Source: Podarcis pityusensis
Lineage: Eukaryota
Direction: 5' to 3' (one strand)
Length of the DNA: 64,000 nucleotides
Assembly: GCA_964106645.2 (NCBI GenBank)
Contig: OZ067038.1
Position numbers and translations under genes: made by a program. Position 1 is the stretch's first letter, and the number at the start of each line of letters is the position of its first letter. This document shows positions 58,853-64,000 of the stretch, piece after piece. Below the pieces are notes generated by a model. It saw nothing but the letters and a program-made list of their open reading frames with translations, had not been told where the DNA came from and made no database searches.

Positions 58853-61019
58853 TCAGGTACTAACAAATGTGTGTAGCGCAAGTCCAGCTGAGTCACTTTC
58901 ATTCACGCCACATTAGGCAACATAAGTTTATGTTCTATTAAAAGGTAAATTTATAACACTTATGATACAGGATTATCAAAGTCACTTTTTCCCAGGAACG
59001 CAATCATTTTTACAAGAAAAGAAAAGCACTCGGGCCTATTTCTCTGGGGATAAGAAATCAAGCGTAAGTTGATGTGATCATCATGACATAGAGGTTGAGC
59101 TGGACAGTTAATGAAAAAGAACTATATGGAAATATGGGCATATGCAGTACGTAGCACAAAGATTTAGACAAAGACTGCAATACTGAATGTGTTTTAAGCT
59201 GTACTGAAAACAATTTGTTTCCAGGTCAGCATGCTGATGCTCGTAGTCCAAGAAGATTAAGGCTGCAATCCTACATGCACCTGTCTGGGAGTAAATCCCA
59301 CTAAACTCAATGGGATGTATTTCTGAGTAGACATGCCCAGGTTTTTACTGTAATTTATTCGGCCTTGTAGAAAAAGCTCTACTAAGTAGGTTATGTAATC
59401 AGGCAGGCAGGCAGGCCCATCCAGTAACAAGCTTTATAATGTTAGAAGCCATGAGAGCTTATTTATAGTCTACCCTAGGCTCAGCATATGCAAACTAGGG
59501 AATAAGTCACATTCACAGGGGCTTACTTCTTGAGTATTAGATTTATTCATTGTTATTCACAAGAAAATGTCTCAAAGCAACTTACAAATCCATTAAGAAC
59601 AAGACAGAATTGACAATTGTTAAAAAAAGCAAGTACACAGTAAAAAAACACAGTTTGGATATAGCTCAGGTTATCGAGGAGAAATCTTAACCACAAGTTT
59701 GGTTTTGGACAACATGTTAAGTCAAACTCTGGTTTAGCTAAGCAAAAAACCACTGGAGTAAAGTAGCTACAAGCTCCTCTCCCAGAGCCTGTGTGCTTGC
59801 ACAGTCCAGGTAAGTCATAGTTAGCTTACCCTGTCATGTGAACAGGGCCACAAAGAAATACCAGCAGTCATGTAGGATGGTGGAAAGGTACTTGCACAAC
59901 AGGTTCTAGCACATATCCCTCAACCAAGCTCACAAACTATTAAACTAATGAGCCAGCATAGAAAAATATTTCTTTGTAAACATAGTTTTGATATTTATTC
60001 CTGGAAATTCCAGATTATCAAGTGATGAGCAACAGAGATTAATATATTCACGTTCTTAAAGGATCAAAAGCATAGTTAGCAGAAGATACCATAAAATATT
60101 TAACCCCTCAATGGTTCCATTTTTTGCTTTCCTCAATCCCAACTAATCTACAGTACTGCAAACAAAGGCTGCAGATTTGAGCTCACATAATTGATTCAAG
60201 TTTAGGTTCCACGGCTATAGGAATCACAAAGGCCTATGGATTTTTAACTTCCCAGTGTCAACACTGTTTCTTTTCTGCACCACCCAAGTACCGGTATATG
60301 CATATAACAAAATCCTTATTCACTCAATAACAGTATTTAAACAATGTGTCTCAGTTCCCCTAAACCAGCTTTTGCCTGCTCTCCAAGCCGCCTCCTTACG
60401 CCTCTCAGTTGAAGCTGGGAAGAGAGGCTGTGGGTAGGTGAAGACAGTTCTGATCTAAATAAAGAGGACAAGATGAAACCCAGCTGCCCCATCTTCCTCC
60501 ATCTCAGCTGGTGGAATTGAAAACAACAACTCTCTGCCTAACTTTTCACTTCCACATATGGCTATCAAACAATATGCCATCTCTATCCAGCGAAGAGGCT
60601 GTATCCATCGCAGGCGATGCTCAGAGTTAGCCCACTGAAATTAATAGACATGACTAACACTAATTTCAATGGGTCTACTCTGAGTACTTGGATACAACCC
60701 AGGCGGACTATGGGTGAAGAGGGGGAAACAAAGCCGCATATTTATCTAAGATGGGCGTTGTCCAAGTTGTCCTACGTTAGAGGGAAAGAGCCCAAGTTTA
60801 TCTTTGCTCAGAGAAGTCAGCCACACTGAACTCAATGCGACTAGGCTGCAAGCTTCAGCATACTGGCTTGGGACAGGAACCATCGCATTCAAACAGGACT
60901 TACTTCCGAGTAAAAACGCATTGAAGTGGGCTGCCCAGATGCGCTGCCACACAGTTTAGCTGAGTTTTTACTTCCCAGCTGCAGCTACTTTTAGGTAAAG
61001 ATGCACAGGCTATAAACGG

Positions 61020-61860
61020 AGGGGTCTCATCCCTGCCGCCCTAGTCCGATTTCCCTCCGAGGAAGGAGGACGGGAACCAGGGGCTTTCTCGGGAGAATGA
61101 CCTAAGAGGAGGACAAGCACCTGAGCTTGTCTTACCTGTAACTACGGTCGCCGCCGCTTCGCATCCTAGCAACAAGCACACGCAGTACCAGAAACGCCAG
61201 CCGCACTGTTTTTAATCCCCCACGGCGAATCGCATGCCCCGGATGACAGCACAACCCCGTCGCCTAACGTGAATAATGGCGAAGCCTCTGCCCGGAATAA
61301 GCTTGAGGTGGAGGTTCTCCGGGGGTGGACATTACCCACACGGCCGGGTTCACTTCCGCCAACAATCAACATGGCGGAAAGGGCCACGAAGCCCAGGTGC
61401 CGTTGGGCTCCACAGGGTATTTGGTCTCGCCGCAGCCCGGTACCGCTATAAGTAGGCGCCAGGGAGGGCTGCGTCGGGGTTGCGCCTCCTATGTCGCGGG
61501 TCCCCTCATTCCCTGCTACAAATATATATATATAAGTAACCCCTCGTCTAATGTGCCGGTGAGCCGCTTGCCCGCACTCGAGATGGCGGCGCGAGTTTGA
61601 AAGGAAGCGCGAGGAGGCGCTTCGCATTCGAAGGCGAGGCGCGCGAGACAGTTTCCGCGCAGCGGCGGATGCTCGCCTCGCCATGGCTTCTTCGAATCCG
61701 TGGGCTCCTGTGCAGCCGTCGGCGGCTGGGCTGCTGCTGGCTGGCTGCCTGTCCGCGGGGGTGGTGTCCCAGGTGAGAGGGGCCGCGCTTTTTCTCCCTC
61801 CCCACGTTGTATAAATACACGTAACGCAAAACCATAGTCTGCAACGTGTTCGTTTCTGCC
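61020..61860. promoter_or_regulatory. Bidirectional CpG-island promoter LRRC57(-)/HAUS2(+), incl. LRRC57 non-coding exon 1 ending at 61136
   Basis: CpG-rich; donor CAG|GTAAGA on minus at 61135; ETS-type CACTTCCG 61351, YY1-type CAACATGGCGG 61367 and AGATGGCGGC 61581, CHR TTTGAA 61596. Confidence 0.8.
61683..61772 (+). CDS. HAUS2: HAUS augmin-like complex subunit 2, first coding exon (MASSNPWAPVQPSAAGLLLAGCLSAGVVSQ); rest outside window
   Basis: gccATGg Kozak, CAG|GTGAGA donor, NPW...AGL.L motif like the remembered human [20 protein letters not shown]; synteny with LRRC57. Confidence 0.88.
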
Positions 61861-62514
61861 CAAACTTTGGGAACGTGCTGCTGCTCAGTTTATTAGATTG
61901 CAATGGGATGGAAAAGGCGTATTTGAAGCTGCCTGCTGCTTTTAAAAGATGCTGCTAATATCGATATGTTCATAGGCCGCAAAGTATGTTATGTTCTGAC
62001 TGGCAGCATTTCTCCAAGAAGTCAAGGGAGGCCCTTTTTATAGCCTTCCTACCTGACACCTTTTGGAAACGTAGCTTTTTGTCCTTGTTCCTTTAGTCCG
62101 GCTGTAACAGTGCTGGTGTGCTTGTGGTGTGTTTACTTTTGCTTAAAAGTACATCCAGGTGGTGGGCTTACTGTGAAAGAAACATGCTCATGATGGTAAA
62201 AAATATTAACTTCCACCCTAGTTGTAGTTTTATAGTTGTCAGCTCTTGTAGCTCTCTGGACCACCTGGATTGGATTCTATTCCTAAATGGACACGAAATA
62301 TCTTCTTTTCCTTTCGTTTAGATCTTGCATCCTCAGGAAAACCCTGCATGGTTATTTAAATACTAAAAGGCTGATCCACTCCACTCTGCATAACTATGGA
62401 TGGAGAATTCCCATAAGTTCAGTAGGGGGAAATGGGGTCTGTGCATGTGTAACCCTCGTTTTTAATTCCATAGAAGTTACTTTTGTTCCAGAGCACAAGC
62501 TGCATTATACTGAG

Positions 62515-63870
62515 TAATAATATAATAATAATAATAATAATTTATTATTTATACCCCGCCCATCTGGCTGGGTTTCCCCAGCCACTCTGGGCGGCTTCCA
62601 AAAGAATATTAAAATACTATGATACATCAAACATTAAAAGCTTCCCTAAACAGGGCTGCCTTCAGATGTCTTCTAAAAGTCTGGTAGTTGTTGTTCTCTT
62701 TGACATCTGGTGGGAGGGCGTTCCACAGGGAGGGCGCCACTACCGAGAAGGCCCTCTGCCTGGTTCCCTGTAACTTGGCTTCTCGCAGTGAGGGAACCGC
62801 CAGAAGGCCCTCGGTGCTGGACCTCAGTGTCCGGGTAGGACGATGGAGGTGGAGACGCTCCTTCAGGTATACTGGACCGAGGCCGTTTAGGGCTTTAAAG
62901 GTCAGCACCAACACTTTGAATTGTGCTCGGAAACGTACTGGGAGCCAATGTAGGTCTTTCAAGACCGGTGTTATATGGTCTCGGTGGCTGTTCCCAGTCA
63001 CCAGTCTGGCTGCTGCATTCTGGATTAGTTGTAGTTTCCGGGTCACCTTCAAAGGTAGCCCCACGTAGAGCGCATTGCAGTAGTCCAAGCGGGAGATAAC
63101 CAGAGCATGCACCACTCTGGCGAGGCAGTCCGCGGGCAGATAGGGTCTCAACCTACGTACCAGATGGAGCTGGTACACAGCTGCCCTGGACACGGATTTA
63201 ACCTGTGCCTCCATGGACAGCTGTGAGTCCAAAATGACTCCCAGGCTGCGCACCTGGTCCTTCAGGGGCACGGTTACCCCATTCAGGACCAGGGAATCCC
63301 CCACACCTGCCCGCCTCCTGTCCCCCAGAAACAGTACTTCTGTCTTGTCAGGATTCAACCTCAATCCGTTTGCCGCCATCCATCCTCCAACCGCCTCCAG
63401 ACACTCACACAGGACCTTCACCGCCTTCACTGGTTCTGATTTAAAGGAGAGGTAGAGCTGGGTGTCATCTGCATACTGATGAACACCCAGTCCAAACCCC
63501 CTGATGATCTCTCCCAGCGGCTTCATATAGATATTAAAAAGCATGGGGGAGAGGACAGAACCCTGAGGCACCCCACAAGTGAGAGCCCAAGGGTCTGGAC
63601 ACTCATCCCCCACCACCACTTTCTGAACACGGCCCAGGAGGAAGGAGCGGAACCACTGTATGACAGTGCCCCCAGCTCCCAGCCCCTCAAGACGGTCCAG
63701 AAGGATGTTATGGTCGATGGTATCAAACGCCGCTGAGAGATCCAGCAGAACTAGGAAACAGCTCTCACCTTTGTCCCTAGCCCGCCGGAGATCATCAACC
63801 AGTGCGACCAAGGCAGTTTCAGTCCCGTGATGAGGCCTGAATCCCGATTGGAAGGGATCCAAATGGTCAA
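62515..63870 (-). mobile_element. 5'-truncated L2-clade LINE with open reverse-transcriptase frame
   Basis: ORF 62627..63862 (QSGFRPHHGTETAL, LLDLSAAFDT, GVPQGSVLSP, YADD, SRLDYCN); short 3' UTR and (TTA)n tail. Confidence 0.93.
62627..63862 (-). CDS. L2 LINE ORF2 fragment (RT domain and C-terminus), 411 aa, no endonuclease domain
   Basis: Uninterrupted ORF with non-LTR RT motifs. Confidence 0.85.
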   Translation of the reverse strand: MDPFQSGFRPHHGTETALVALVDDLRRARDKGESCFLVLLDLSAAFDTIDHNILLDRLEGLGAGGTVIQWFRSFLLGRVQKVVVGDECPDPWALTCGVPQGSVLSPMLFNIYMKPLGEIIRGFGLGVHQYADDTQLYLSFKSEPVKAVKVLCECLEAVGGWMAANGLRLNPDKTEVLFLGDRRRAGVGDSLVLNGVTVPLKDQVRSLGVILDSQLSMEAQVKSVSRAAVYQLHLVRRLRPYLPADCLARVVHALVISRLDYCNALYVGLPLKVTRKLQLIQNAAARLVTGNSHRDHITPVLKDLHWLPVRFRAQFKVLVLTFKALNGLGPVYLKERLHLHRPTRTLRSSTEGLLAVPSLREAKLQGTRQRAFSVVAPSLWNALPPDVKENNNYQTFRRHLKAALFREAFNV

Positions 63871-64000
63871 ATCATTTATGCATCTAGCTCAATATTGTCA
63901 TCGCTGTCAGTGCGTCTCCATAGTTTCAGTCTGGGCTCCCTCCCAGCACTGTCTGGAGATGACAGGGATTGAACGTGGCATCTTCTGGGTCCACGCGCAA

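Noticed and set aside
61166-61903. 245-aa minus-strand ORF and the ATG at 61371 (MAERATKP...)
   Set aside because: CpG-island artefact; the ATG is part of a YY1-type motif and the HAUS2-like peptide starts at 61683.

Overview
Vertebrate genomic DNA, very likely a squamate reptile (a lacertid-type lizard, inferred from Sauria SINEs and the L2/CR1/MITE content). It carries the conserved amniote block ZNF106(-) / SNAP23(+) / LRRC57(-) / HAUS2(+). ZNF106: 17 coding exons (28235 down to 226, 1768 codons in frame, 3' end outside the window). SNAP23: complete, 7 coding exons, 208 aa. LRRC57: complete, 5 coding exons, 238 aa. HAUS2: first coding exon only. Two head-to-head CpG-island promoter regions lie at about 35.0-37.5 kb and 61.0-61.9 kb. 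Introns hold many SINEs, Tc1/mariner- and hAT-type MITEs, a truncated L1 with a 17-bp TSD, a young L2 with an open RT frame and a decayed initiator tRNA-Met gene. There is a 200-N gap. I found no novel self-contained system. The most interesting signals form a putative striated-muscle isoform layer: a candidate orthologue of the SNAP23 muscle microexon with tandem RBFOX and QKI-type motifs that is 32 nt rather than 33 nt as assembled; a conserved alternative ZNF106 N-terminus (MPVGKIEC...) with E-boxes and a MEF2 site; and a candidate further internal first or poison exon. Gene identities rest on my recall of the mammalian proteins; no database search was run.
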